This document shows, in pieces, positions 27,480 through 37,320 of a stretch of DNA of 64,000 nt. The position numbers and the translations under genes are program-made. A model generated the notes under the pieces. It was not told the DNA's origin, did no database searches, and saw only the letters and a list, made by a program, of their open reading frames with translations. Position 1 is the stretch's first letter. Every line of letters begins with the position of its first letter. Location: assembly GCA_964393395.1 (NCBI GenBank), contig CAYMTQ010000003.1, positions 2,671-66,670 on the forward strand, written 5' to 3'. This stretch comes from an uncultured Sangeribacter sp. GTDB taxonomy: Bacteria; Bacteroidota; Bacteroidia; Bacteroidales; Muribaculaceae.

Positions 27480-28046
27480 TTATTTTCCGTTATAGTGCGT
27501 CATCGCAAACTGCAGGCCTGAGAGACAGAAGGCCTTGACAGCATCTGCGGCCATGCGAAGACGCTCGGGGAGAAGCTTCTCTTCCTCCGGGGGAAACTTT
27601 CCGAGCACGAAGTCAACCTGTCCACCTTTGGCAAAATCATTACCTACACCGAATTTCAATCTTGCATAGTTCTGATTGCCGAGTTCGGACGCGATATTCT
27701 TCAGACCATTGTGACCGGCATCTGAGCCGCGGCCTCTGAGTCTGATCGTTCCGAAAGGAAGCGCGAGGTCATCAACTATCACAAGCAGATTTTCAAGCGG
27801 AAGTTTCTCGTGGTTCATCCAATATCGGACCGCGACTCCGCTGAGGTTCATGAAAGTCGATGGTTTCAGGACCATCAGCTCACAGTTTTTGATTCTGACG
27901 GTCGCCATGTCTCCATATCGGCAGGATTTCCACTGAGCGCCATATTCTTCCGTCAGGCAATCGGCGACCATGAAGCCGGCATTATGGCGCGTGCCGACAT
28001 ATTCCGGACCGATATTTCCGAGTCCGACGATTAAAAATTTCTTCAT
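27480..28046 (-). CDS. pth: Peptidyl-tRNA hydrolase
   Basis: [27 protein letters not shown]...[27 protein letters not shown] is canonical Pth. I prefer the internal ATG at 28046 (188 aa); the longer ORF to 28127 adds 27 non-conserved-looking residues. Confidence 0.92.
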   Translation of the reverse strand: MKKFLIVGLGNIGPEYVGTRHNAGFMVADCLTEEYGAQWKSCRYGDMATVRIKNCELMVLKPSTFMNLSGVAVRYWMNHEKLPLENLLVIVDDLALPFGTIRLRGRGSDAGHNGLKNIASELGNQNYARLKFGVGNDFAKGGQVDFVLGKFPPEEEKLLPERLRMAADAVKAFCLSGLQFAMTHYNGK

Positions 28047-28143
28047 ATCATGATTATCCGGATCTCCGGATTCCTTGGTCGCATTGACCTTCCCGAATAA
28101 ATTTCCAAGCCAGTTTCTGAGGCTCATCTGTCTGAGGATAAGG

Positions 28144-28176
28144 AGGCGGAGCCACTCTGATCGGGTGGCTCCGCCT
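28144..28176 (-). other. 12-bp GC-rich hairpin between rplY and pth
   Basis: AGGCGGAGCCAC (28144-28155) pairs with GTGGCTCCGCCT (28165-28176), with a 9-nt loop. There is no U-tract on the minus strand, so it may be an attenuator or an mRNA processing/stability element rather than a full terminator. Confidence 0.5.
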
Positions 28177-28226
28177 TGTGTCTGTTAATGTGGAGGACCT
28201 GTGTCGGGCTCTCCGGGCTTCAGAAA

Positions 28227-28874
28227 TTACTCGGCTTTCGCAGCGGCACCACGAGCTGCACGTGTCAGCTGAACGGCGCAGACAACTGCATTCTTGGCGT
28301 TCATAAGCTCGAGGCCCTCGAAGTGGAGATCGCCTACTGCCATGCTCTTTCCGAGGCCGAGGTTGTCAACGTTGATGACAAGACGCTCGGGGATCTCGTT
28401 GTAGAGAGCTTTCACTTTCAGCTTACGCATTGAAAGCTGAAGCTTACCACCGGCCTTCACACCTTCTGCGTGACCTTCGATCTGAACGGGCACTTCCATA
28501 ACAACGGGCTTGTCGGGGAATACCTCGAGGAAATCGATGTGGAGGATAGTGTCCTTCACAGGCTGGAACTGAATCTCCTTCATGACAGCCTTGCGGGTCT
28601 CGCCGTTGACTTCGAGATTGATCTCGAAAATATCGGGAGTGTAGATGAGCTTGCGGACATCCTCGTTCTTCACAGTGATGTCTGTTGTGATCAGACCGCG
28701 TTTTTCGTCAAGAACAACGAGCTTCTCGCCCGGTTTCAATTCGCCGGTGAAGGGGAGATCAACATGTTTGCCGCCGTTGAGGACTGCGGGAATCTTGCCC
28801 TCCTTGCGGAGTGCTTTCACTGCTTTCTTGCCGAGGTCTACGCGAGCTTCGGACTTGAGATCAAATGATTTCAT
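28227..28874 (-). CDS. rplY: 50S ribosomal protein L25 / general stress protein Ctc (long form)
   Basis: 215 aa. SEARVDLGKKAVKALRKEGKIPAVLNGG...VKNEDVRKLIYTPDIFEINLEVNGETRKAVMKEIQFQPV is typical of L25/Ctc. It lies directly upstream of pth, as in many bacteria. Confidence 0.93.
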   Translation of the reverse strand: MKSFDLKSEARVDLGKKAVKALRKEGKIPAVLNGGKHVDLPFTGELKPGEKLVVLDEKRGLITTDITVKNEDVRKLIYTPDIFEINLEVNGETRKAVMKEIQFQPVKDTILHIDFLEVFPDKPVVMEVPVQIEGHAEGVKAGGKLQLSMRKLKVKALYNEIPERLVINVDNLGLGKSMAVGDLHFEGLELMNAKNAVVCAVQLTRAARGAAAKAE

Positions 28875-29066
28875 TTGGTTCTGTTTGTTTTTTTGTGTTA
28901 CTCAAAATAAAAGTCCCTCCGCCCGGCTGTGAAATCGGGTTTCCGAATACTTGCCGGAAGAATGAACATTAAATTTCCCATCACACGAGAGGATTCTGCC
29001 CGAGAATCCTCCAATAGATAAGGGGCGGTTCTGCGTTTGCCGAAACCGGATTGCGCAAAACCGCCA

Positions 29067-29082
29067 CAAAATTACAAAATTA
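29067..29082 (-). promoter_or_regulatory. Two tandem -7 boxes (TAATTTTG TAATTTTG) upstream of rplY
   Basis: The plus strand reads CAAAATTACAAAATTA. On the minus strand that is two abutting exact TAnnTTTG matches, roughly 185-200 nt upstream of the rplY ATG (28874). Confidence 0.45.
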
Positions 29083-29174
29083 TCCGCTAATCACCAAATT
29101 CCCCGAAATTATCGGAATTAACGGTAAATACACCGTTATTAAAAGGATTCCCGGAGTCCGGTAATTGCATCGGG

Positions 29175-32100
29175 TTACTGTTCTTCGACAGTTACCGGAA
29201 CGGGGGCGCTATGTGCTGTCAGCTGAGGTGCATATTGGCTCTGAATCGTGCTGATTCCGGAAGAGAATGTGCCGGCGGAAGTCAGAACGCAATCATAACT
29301 GAATTGATAACGGCCCTTGGGGAGATAGCTGATGAAGAAGTTGGTTTGCGTGTTTCTGACCTCGCGGTACATGTACCGTCCGTCAATTACGTCGATTCCG
29401 GACAGTGCTTCTGTCGGTTCAAGACATGCGCTGCGCTCGTCGGTCAACGTCACATATTCCATGTCGCGGTCATTGTCAACCGTCAGGAGGATTCTGACTT
29501 TGTCGCCGACCTTCAGGCTTCCGGCTTGCTCGAGTGAAACGGCGGACTCGACTCCATTTTCAACACGCATGGCAAAAATACTCTTTTTCACAGAGAGTCC
29601 GTCGGAAGAGACAGCCTTGATGTCCTTCAACGGTGCCACATATTGGCTGACGATTCCGCCCCACGCTATTCCTGAGGGAGTGCGGGTGACGGTCAGTTTC
29701 TTTCCGGATACCTCTTCAGGACGCAATGAAACAGTTGCCTCGCCATATTGCGGAAGATCTTTTGATGAAAGAAGTGTGTGTGTCCCGGCCTTGATTTCAA
29801 ATGCACCCGGCTTTCCGGTCCATGATGTGCCGGAAGAGAGAACTGCCTGAACAAGTTCGGCTGCATCTCTGAGTTCTCCCCAGTTTTCAGTCTGCCGCTG
29901 AAGCAGAAGCCATTGACGGAGCTTGTCTATTTCCTGACTTGAAGGTAGAATTTCAGAATAAGCTTCGAGAACCTGAGCCGTTGTGATCAGCTTGTTCCAC
30001 GGTGAGAAGATCCCACCCGAAAGATTGTCAAACCACATTCCCTTGGCCGGATCTGTTATGGAAAATTCCGAGAGAGATTCAAGAATCCGCAGGGCAGTCT
30101 CTTTCTTTCCTTTGGCGGCAAGTAGAGAAGCCGCAGTGGCTTTGTTATAAATGTTCATCCGGCCCCATGAGTTTCCGAGCAGTCTGATGGATCGGTCAGC
30201 AAGTTTAGAGAATTGGCTTGATTCCTTTGGAAGAAGATCCGAATTTCCAAACCGTGTCGTGATATAAAGGAAATTCGTCATTACGGGAAGGAATGATGAG
30301 AGAGTTTCGTCATTGTCTCCATTTCTTGACGAGAGGCGTTTCCAATCCTTAAGAATAGATTGACGGCAATATTCAGCGGTTCCCTTTACAATTTTCTTTA
30401 CAGTGTCATTATGGGGAAGATAGCCGAAACGGTCGAGCATCGCGAAATGAAGCAGGGTCTGTCCCGAACACCATGAAGAACTTTCCTCGGCATCAGGATA
30501 CCAGCGCATTCCGCCGTCTGATGCTTGCAGATCAGCAATGTCTGTCAAAAGGCGATTCAATATATTCCGGCTCTTTTCTGAATCCAAAAGGTCACCGAGA
30601 GATGCCATCCGGGCGGTTTCGGCGCTCGCTGAATTTACCCAGGGCGTGGATCCTGATGAGATAGCTTTCAGTTCCGGATTTCTCTCCAGATTTGATTTCA
30701 GCATATCGGTTTCTCCCTTCAGGCTGCTTTCAATTATGGAAGAAAGGCCGTTGCGCAGATCCGGATAAGTCCGGAGCAGACCTGTTCCGATCGAATTGCC
30801 ATAATAGGCATATATCAGCGACGTCAGTGTTTTGCCGGATTCATTCGCGAGAGAAGGAAGTGTGGTCAGGCAATACCATGCCGGATTGTCGCAATAAAGA
30901 AGGGTGACGGAGCTCCCGGAGTTCATGGAGGGGACTTCAATAGAGAATTCATTCTGATCCGGAGAGAGCCAGAACGGAACGGATTCAATCACCGGGGTAG
31001 AGGATGGAAGAATGACGAGTTGGGCCTGTTCTCCGTCCGAATGTCCGGCACCGTCGGCTACGGCCCGAACCACCACCGCTTCAATGTTTGCCGGCACTTC
31101 CCACTCAAGAGAGAACAGACACCCATGGCCCGGGGCTGTCTTAACCCCTTTGAATTTTCTTGAAATAAGAATTTTTTTCGTGGCCGGATCCAATATTTCA
31201 ATCCTGCCACCAAGAGATATCTCCTCAAGTGAATTATTGTAGGCATTAGCTGTCAGGATGACTTTGTCCGAAGTCCTGACGAAACGAGGAAGCGATGTCC
31301 TGACCATCACAGGTTTTGAGCTCACAGCATCCAATGTCAGTGATGCTGTTTCCAGACGTTCGTCATATCCCATGAGATTGAACTGCCATGTCGTATTGAA
31401 ATCCGGAACGTCAAATTCGATTTCAAGGCGTCCTTCCCGGTCTGTTGTGAGCATCGGCTTGAAGAAAGCCACAGGACATTCGGCCTCACGGAAGGCTTGA
31501 TCCATACTCTCCGGCGTCTGATTTTCTCCGGAATCTACTTCTGCTTCTTCGACCGTAGATTCTGCCAAGAAACCGCCCATCGCTGCCTGCTCCTCAACCA
31601 TTCCGTCGGGTGCAGCCATGTCCATATCATCAGCATACGCTATCCCGTTTACGATTCCGGTAAGCGATGCGTGTGCAGAAGAAGCGTAGTCAACTGCGGA
31701 GGATTTCATCATCCTAAGACTTCTGACGCGGATTGAAAGCGAATTCGGCGGGTATACCCAGTCAGTAGGATAGATATATGAAGGAGCGGTCTTAAATCCG
31801 GGCAATACAGAAGAGAAGGAATAATATGATGAACCGGGCTGGCGGTTTCTGAATGATACGCCGGGAGTCCACCTGAGAGAAGAGCGGGGAGAGAACGTCC
31901 AGTTGAGGGTGGCGAGTGCTTCGAGTGCCTTATCTGTCATCACTGCCATTGCCGGAATTTCGGAAGCAGGCAATTTCGGGCCGTCGGTGAACCGGAAACG
32001 CCATGTCTCGCGCGTTGAACTCGTCAGCCTATCCCTGAAAGTCTCCACCTTCAACTGAAGCGGTGTGGCTTCAACCGGAGGAAGGACAGTCACAGTCTCA

Positions 32101-35100
32101 GTGACAGAAACGAAATCACGCATGGCTATGAAAGTGACGAAAATACGTGAATCGTTCTCAGGAACCGGTACTGAAACCGAGGTCATAGCCCCTTCCGGAG
32201 TGATCCATCGGCGAGAAATTTCTCCGTTTTCGTCTGAAACAACACAGAGGATTTTCTGGTCTTTGTATCGACTGCCGAAGCGCACTTCAACTGAATCTTT
32301 CCCGGCTTCGGCAATCACCTGATCCCGCGGAATCCACAAAGTGCCATCACCGGCCGGAACTGTATCGGTATCTCTCCAGATTATTATCTTATTCTCGTAG
32401 TCAGTCGTTTTAAGGATTCCCTCTTCGCCTGTTGCAAGATGGAATTCAATAGAGTAGGTTCCCGAGGGAATCGAGTCTGACTGAAGTTTCAGCAAAGGTG
32501 ACTCGAATGTACCCGAAAATGCGATTGACGGATCAGAAACATTCTTCATTGTGTATCCGAGCCGGACATTTCGCGGCGTACCCGCACTGTCATAAACCTT
32601 GACCGGAAGGGTAATCTGCGGGGTGTCGGCGTTGATAGTAAAAGGAAATTCCGGAACAGCCACGAGAGTGTTACCCAAAGCGAAGAAAGTTCCGTCTTCT
32701 GCCGTATCGCCACTCTTCGAAACGGATCTGGCGGTCAGCATATATGACCTGTCGGCAAACCCTGTGCCTTCAAGTCCTTCCCGCGAGAGGCAAATTCGGA
32801 ATTGTCCGTCTGCTCCGGTGACAGTCTCGGTTGAAAAACGGCCGCTCACCTCCCCGGGGAACCACCATCGGCTCCAGGTCTCGATATCGATATTCACCTT
32901 GGCATCGGCCACCGGCATACCTGAATAGGTCTCGACGCGACCCTTGATTACCAATTCAGAATCAGAGGGAAGTTCCGGTTTGTCAAGAATCAGGATATTG
33001 ACAGGATTCTTGTATTCCTCGACAGAGATGGTACTCTCCGGACAGTTCCATTCATCTCTTCCCTGAAGAATCGCCCGGAGCCTCCATCTCCCCAACATTC
33101 CTTCCGATGGGATGGTTATTTCTCCTTCACATCTTCCAAAAGAGTCGGTTTTCAGCGTGAGAGAATCTGTCTCTGTATACGAAGCATTGAGCAGCATGAA
33201 AGGGACAGTCACATCTGCCGCGGGAGAAAGCTTATTTTCTTTTTTTGTGTAAATTACTGCGGCAAAGCCTACTTTATCACCGGGACGGGCAATTGGCCTG
33301 TCGAAGAATATTCGTCCCTCGAGTTTTTCATTTATGTTTTTCTCACGTTCGGCAGGGTCACTGACATACTCCGAAGTGTACAGAGAGGTACTGTCAGTTG
33401 ACACCTTCATGCGGAGGTTATGGAGTTTGCGCGGAACTACAGGCATGAAGAAAGATCCCGCTTCACCTGTCTTGACAACTTCAGAATAAGAAATCTGAGA
33501 TGTATCTGAATCAAGCTTGACCGTTGCTCCCGGGACCGGAGCGCCATCCTTAGCGGAGGTTATGAACACCTCATTACGTTTCCCGACCGCATTGAGGGTA
33601 AATTTTCCAAGTCCTGTAACTTCAAAAATTGAAAGATCAAGATATTTCGGATTATCCCTGAATTTAAGAAGACCGTTGATTGAACCGTCAGTTGACGGGA
33701 AGGCCGTATAGCTACCTGTCTCCAGAGGTGGCAAGGTGACTGTCAATGTATCAGTAAACGGGAGTTTCGAATCGCTCCCAAAAGCAATGGCTGCTACCTT
33801 CTTAAGTTTTTTGAGATCAGAAAGAGTGATGTCAGTTGCATAACGTCCTGACATTCCCTCCGGTAACTTTATAATGACGAGAAATCCGGTTCTCAGGTTT
33901 CGGTCAGTCAGACGTATCTCAGTCGGTGTATCGGGAAGAATGTAAGAGGGAATATTCCATCGTATCTCAGCTTGCTCCCACTGTGCGACTACTTCCTTCA
34001 CAGCTTTGACTGAAGTATAACGCAAGGCGGTCCCGATTGAGATGGGATATAAGTTTTCCTCAGAATAGAAATTCTCCAACCTGCTGTTTGATATACTGTT
34101 GGCTTTTAAATATGGAACAATTCTATTGGCGAAAACCGGAGATGCAAAATAGGGGAGGAGAACCGGAGCCACATCCGTGTTTCCGAATTGCTCCCACAGC
34201 GTCGCATATCGTTCTGCCGAAGATATCAAATCATTATCGGTATGTCGTATTTCATTGAGAAACCACATCCATCTCACAGCAGGCGATGAAGAATCGAGAG
34301 AAGATTGCCACTGTCTGATGAAGAAATCTGAAAGGCGAGTGATTCTCGGTGTCCGTTGACCGGGCTTCTTTTGTTCGTCCGCACCTTTAGATATCTCCGC
34401 ACCTTCAGATATCACTGCAAAAGGAATCACAGGCTCGGAGGAATCCGATTCTTCAAAACCAGAAAGAAGAGAAAGGGATTTATAATTCAGGAAATCACCG
34501 TATGTCAGTTTATCGATCGAATTCGCTTTTTTCGGGTCAGTGCTCAGAATCGGAAGAAATTCTGATAAAGATTCGGAGAGATATCCTGTTGAAGATTCGG
34601 CAGAGGCCTCGACCATGTCGCAGATTCGAGTGCGGAACATCGCCCCGTCCCAGAGTGTCATCTGTTCCGGCATTTCATTCTGAGGTAGCGACCGTCGGTT
34701 ATAGGTCCACAAATCGTTGAAATAAACCGACCGGACTATGTCGGCTCCGATCAGGAGTGCCATACTTCTCCAGGGGCCGTCTAGCTGTTCGGCGACCGAG
34801 TCAGCGAGCGCGACACATCGGTCTGCTGAATTCTCCGAAATTGATGTTTCTGCCGCACATATTTCGAGAAGCGCCTTCAGTGCATTCAGCGGTTGCCCTT
34901 CGTTTAGAGCCTTTTCGAGAACCGGTCTGGCATTTCCGATCACTGTCTTCGGAAAATTGAAATCCGGATTTTCAAAAGATTGTTCCTGTCGGTTTTTCAT
35001 CTTTGTCGATTTATTAGTTTCAGATGTCGACTTTCGGGCCATTATTTCCGGTGCAGTTCCCAGAATGAGGGCCAGGAGAAGAAGACGGGATAGTATTTTA

Positions 35101-35114
35101 GTCAGGTTATTCAT
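29175..35114 (-). CDS. Alpha-2-macroglobulin family protein (about 1979 aa, no CxEQ thioester motif)
   Basis: Repeated MG-type beta-sandwich signatures (IFFDRPIARPGDKVGFAAVIY, VEEYKNPVNILILD) and a C-terminal alpha/alpha-toroid-like region (GGMRWYPDAEESSSWCSGQTLLHFAML). The probable start is the ATG at 35114, giving signal peptide MNNLTKILSRLLLLALILGTAPEIMA. The ORF track runs to 35216. Confidence 0.82.
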   Translation of the reverse strand: MNNLTKILSRLLLLALILGTAPEIMARKSTSETNKSTKMKNRQEQSFENPDFNFPKTVIGNARPVLEKALNEGQPLNALKALLEICAAETSISENSADRCVALADSVAEQLDGPWRSMALLIGADIVRSVYFNDLWTYNRRSLPQNEMPEQMTLWDGAMFRTRICDMVEASAESSTGYLSESLSEFLPILSTDPKKANSIDKLTYGDFLNYKSLSLLSGFEESDSSEPVIPFAVISEGAEISKGADEQKKPGQRTPRITRLSDFFIRQWQSSLDSSSPAVRWMWFLNEIRHTDNDLISSAERYATLWEQFGNTDVAPVLLPYFASPVFANRIVPYLKANSISNSRLENFYSEENLYPISIGTALRYTSVKAVKEVVAQWEQAEIRWNIPSYILPDTPTEIRLTDRNLRTGFLVIIKLPEGMSGRYATDITLSDLKKLKKVAAIAFGSDSKLPFTDTLTVTLPPLETGSYTAFPSTDGSINGLLKFRDNPKYLDLSIFEVTGLGKFTLNAVGKRNEVFITSAKDGAPVPGATVKLDSDTSQISYSEVVKTGEAGSFFMPVVPRKLHNLRMKVSTDSTSLYTSEYVSDPAEREKNINEKLEGRIFFDRPIARPGDKVGFAAVIYTKKENKLSPAADVTVPFMLLNASYTETDSLTLKTDSFGRCEGEITIPSEGMLGRWRLRAILQGRDEWNCPESTISVEEYKNPVNILILDKPELPSDSELVIKGRVETYSGMPVADAKVNIDIETWSRWWFPGEVSGRFSTETVTGADGQFRICLSREGLEGTGFADRSYMLTARSVSKSGDTAEDGTFFALGNTLVAVPEFPFTINADTPQITLPVKVYDSAGTPRNVRLGYTMKNVSDPSIAFSGTFESPLLKLQSDSIPSGTYSIEFHLATGEEGILKTTDYENKIIIWRDTDTVPAGDGTLWIPRDQVIAEAGKDSVEVRFGSRYKDQKILCVVSDENGEISRRWITPEGAMTSVSVPVPENDSRIFVTFIAMRDFVSVTETVTVLPPVEATPLQLKVETFRDRLTSSTRETWRFRFTDGPKLPASEIPAMAVMTDKALEALATLNWTFSPRSSLRWTPGVSFRNRQPGSSYYSFSSVLPGFKTAPSYIYPTDWVYPPNSLSIRVRSLRMMKSSAVDYASSAHASLTGIVNGIAYADDMDMAAPDGMVEEQAAMGGFLAESTVEEAEVDSGENQTPESMDQAFREAECPVAFFKPMLTTDREGRLEIEFDVPDFNTTWQFNLMGYDERLETASLTLDAVSSKPVMVRTSLPRFVRTSDKVILTANAYNNSLEEISLGGRIEILDPATKKILISRKFKGVKTAPGHGCLFSLEWEVPANIEAVVVRAVADGAGHSDGEQAQLVILPSSTPVIESVPFWLSPDQNEFSIEVPSMNSGSSVTLLYCDNPAWYCLTTLPSLANESGKTLTSLIYAYYGNSIGTGLLRTYPDLRNGLSSIIESSLKGETDMLKSNLERNPELKAISSGSTPWVNSASAETARMASLGDLLDSEKSRNILNRLLTDIADLQASDGGMRWYPDAEESSSWCSGQTLLHFAMLDRFGYLPHNDTVKKIVKGTAEYCRQSILKDWKRLSSRNGDNDETLSSFLPVMTNFLYITTRFGNSDLLPKESSQFSKLADRSIRLLGNSWGRMNIYNKATAASLLAAKGKKETALRILESLSEFSITDPAKGMWFDNLSGGIFSPWNKLITTAQVLEAYSEILPSSQEIDKLRQWLLLQRQTENWGELRDAAELVQAVLSSGTSWTGKPGAFEIKAGTHTLLSSKDLPQYGEATVSLRPEEVSGKKLTVTRTPSGIAWGGIVSQYVAPLKDIKAVSSDGLSVKKSIFAMRVENGVESAVSLEQAGSLKVGDKVRILLTVDNDRDMEYVTLTDERSACLEPTEALSGIDVIDGRYMYREVRNTQTNFFISYLPKGRYQFSYDCVLTSAGTFSSGISTIQSQYAPQLTAHSAPVPVTVEEQ

Positions 35115-35212
35115 AGTTCCGGAGGATAAATGTGTTGTGTGAGGTGTGTTGACCAAAGATTGGGTATGTGATGTTTGAGAAATAGAACTAAGGATAATAT
35201 CGGTATGGAGGA

Positions 35213-35725
35213 TCAAGAAGAGGAGCTTGATCGATGAAGTTCAATCACTTCACAATTTTGCGGTTCGCCGTTTTCGATGTCGAGGCGCACGAGAGTCCGG
35301 ACCTTTTGCCATCCCTGATTGCCGGCAGCGCCGGGATTGATGTGCAGAAGATACAGTTCCTTGTCAAACATTATCTTAAGGATATGACTGTGTCCGTCGA
35401 CCATCAGATCGATCCGCTCTTCTTTAAGGAGGGACTTCATTCCGCGCGACCATTTCCCCGGATAACCGCCGATGTGGGTCAGGAGCACGCGCATTCCATC
35501 ACACTCGAAGATATCGATTTCCGGACAGCGTCGCCGGACCTCACCGTGATCTATGTTGCCGCTGACGGCGCGGACGACAGCTCCGGTTTCTTCGCGCAGA
35601 CGTTCGATTATTGAATAATCGCCGATGTCTCCGGCATGCCAGATTTCGTCACAATCCCTGAAATAAGAGACGTAACGGTCATCCCACAAACCGTGTGTGT
35701 CACTGAGTATTCCGATTTTCTTCAT
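35213..35725 (-). CDS. Metallophosphoesterase, YfcE/MJ0936 family
   Basis: The calcineurin-like phosphoesterase motif series is present: GILSDTHG, WHAGDIGD, GNID, LTHIGG, GHSH. The start is taken at MKKIGILSD (35725). Confidence 0.88.
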   Translation of the reverse strand: MKKIGILSDTHGLWDDRYVSYFRDCDEIWHAGDIGDYSIIERLREETGAVVRAVSGNIDHGEVRRRCPEIDIFECDGMRVLLTHIGGYPGKWSRGMKSLLKEERIDLMVDGHSHILKIMFDKELYLLHINPGAAGNQGWQKVRTLVRLDIENGEPQNCEVIELHRSSSSS

Positions 35726-35823
35726 GATGTCATTAATCAACAAGAGCCGATCCTGTCAGACCGTCCCCTCATTATAGCAACCTTAGACAAAGGCAGTTTG
35801 TTGTATATGAAATTGAAAATTCG

Positions 35824-35831
35824 TAATTTTG
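35824..35831 (+). promoter_or_regulatory. -7 promoter box TAATTTTG upstream of the DUF4924-like gene
   Basis: Exact TAnnTTTG match ending 9 nt before the ATG at 35841. Confidence 0.45.
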
Positions 35832-35840
35832 CACATAGAT

Positions 35841-36404
35841 ATGTTTACAGCATCGCAGAAAAAAAGAGAGAATATTGCCGAATATCTGCTTTATATGTGG
35901 CAGATTGAGGATCTTATACGTGCTTACAACCTCGATCTGGATCGCATCGAGCGCGACATAATCGACAAGCACACAAGCCTTGATGACGAGCAGAAGAAAC
36001 AGATGAAGGAATGGTACGAATCCCTGATCGACATGATGCGCCGGGAGGGAGTCGAGAAGAAAGGCCACCTTCAGCTGAACCGGAATGTCATCATTGATCT
36101 CAACGATCTGAGCCGTCGCCTTCTGGCTGACAGCCGTTTTCAGGATTATGCCAACGAATACTACCGGACGCTTCCCTATATCGTCGAGCTGAGGGCGAAG
36201 GCAGGAGACGAGAAGCCTGATGAGATCGAGGCATGCTTCAATGCCCTCTACGGAGTCCTGATGCTCCGCCTTGCCGGCAAGGAGGTATCTCCGCAGACTC
36301 TCGAGGCGACACAGCAGATCTCGAAGTTTCTGGCTTTGCTGGCCCGTTATTACAGAAAAGACTATAACAACGAGCTTTTCACGGATAACGAGGTGGCCGG
36401 TTGA
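35841..36404 (+). CDS. Conserved Bacteroidetes hypothetical protein (DUF4924-like)
   Basis: I recall the N-terminus MFTASQKKRENIAEYLLYMWQIEDLIRAYNLDLDRIE as characteristic of the DUF4924 family. All-helical, function unknown. Confidence 0.6.
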   Translation: MFTASQKKRENIAEYLLYMWQIEDLIRAYNLDLDRIERDIIDKHTSLDDEQKKQMKEWYESLIDMMRREGVEKKGHLQLNRNVIIDLNDLSRRLLADSRFQDYANEYYRTLPYIVELRAKAGDEKPDEIEACFNALYGVLMLRLAGKEVSPQTLEATQQISKFLALLARYYRKDYNNELFTDNEVAG

Positions 36405-36449
36405 TCAGTCTGACTGAAATTTTCCGGGAGACTACTAATTATAGTATTG

Positions 36450-37313
36450 ATGAAGAATGTATTGGTGACCGGATCCGCCGGTCAGTTGGGAAATTCCCTG
36501 AAGGAGGTATTCGCACACAATGATGAGGTAAACCCCATCTACGTCGACATAGATGATCTGGACATAACCGATCTTCAGGCAGTGGAAAAATTCGTTGCCG
36601 AAAACAATATAGATCTGATTGTCAATTGCGCGGCCTATACCGCCGTGGACAAGGCGGAGGAGGAGACGACCCTTGCGGCGAAGATTAACACGGAGGCCGT
36701 GGGCAACATCGCCAAGACAGCCCGGAGACACAATGTGAAGGTGATTCACATTTCGACCGACTACGTGTTTGCCGGAAACAATTTCAGGCCATATAACGAA
36801 AACGACGAACCATATCCGCGTTCCATTTATGGGCGTACGAAACTGGAAGGGGAGGGCCTGCTGAATGCCTATTGCTCCGATGCTGTCATAATCCGCACGG
36901 CATGGCTCTATTCCGAGTTCGGTCATAATTTTGTCAAGACTATGCTCCGTCTGGCTTCCGAAGGCAAGGACATCAAAGTGGTCAGTGATCAGATAGGTAC
37001 CCCCACATACGCCGGTGATCTCGCAATGGCCATTAACTCCGTGATCAACGCCCCCGAGTGGAAGCCGGGAATTTACCATTTCACTGACGAGGGTGTGGCC
37101 TCCTGGTATGATTTCTCGAAAGCTATCATGCGACTCTCCGGAAATGAAAATGTTACGGTGATGCCTGTCGGGACACGCGATTATCCGTCCCGCGCGGCAA
37201 GACCTAATTATTCCGTGCTCTCCAAGAACAAGATCAAGCAGACGTTCGGAATCGAAATTCCATATTGGCAGGATTCCCTTGCGAAATGTATTGAACGACT
37301 GAAAAATAACTGA
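36450..37313 (+). CDS. rfbD: dTDP-4-dehydrorhamnose reductase
   Basis: [14 protein letters not shown] (Rossmann), [26 protein letters not shown] (YxxxK) and [14 protein letters not shown]. Typical length of 287 aa. Confidence 0.93.
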   Translation: MKNVLVTGSAGQLGNSLKEVFAHNDEVNPIYVDIDDLDITDLQAVEKFVAENNIDLIVNCAAYTAVDKAEEETTLAAKINTEAVGNIAKTARRHNVKVIHISTDYVFAGNNFRPYNENDEPYPRSIYGRTKLEGEGLLNAYCSDAVIIRTAWLYSEFGHNFVKTMLRLASEGKDIKVVSDQIGTPTYAGDLAMAINSVINAPEWKPGIYHFTDEGVASWYDFSKAIMRLSGNENVTVMPVGTRDYPSRAARPNYSVLSKNKIKQTFGIEIPYWQDSLAKCIERLKNN

Positions 37314-37320
37314 ACTGACC

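Noticed and set aside
29415-29426. A CLEP string in the alpha-2-macroglobulin-like protein, as a possible degenerate CLEQ thioester.
   Set aside because: It lies 83 residues from the C-terminus, far from where the thioester domain motif sits in characterised A2Ms, and it lacks the Gln. I treat the protein as thioester-less.
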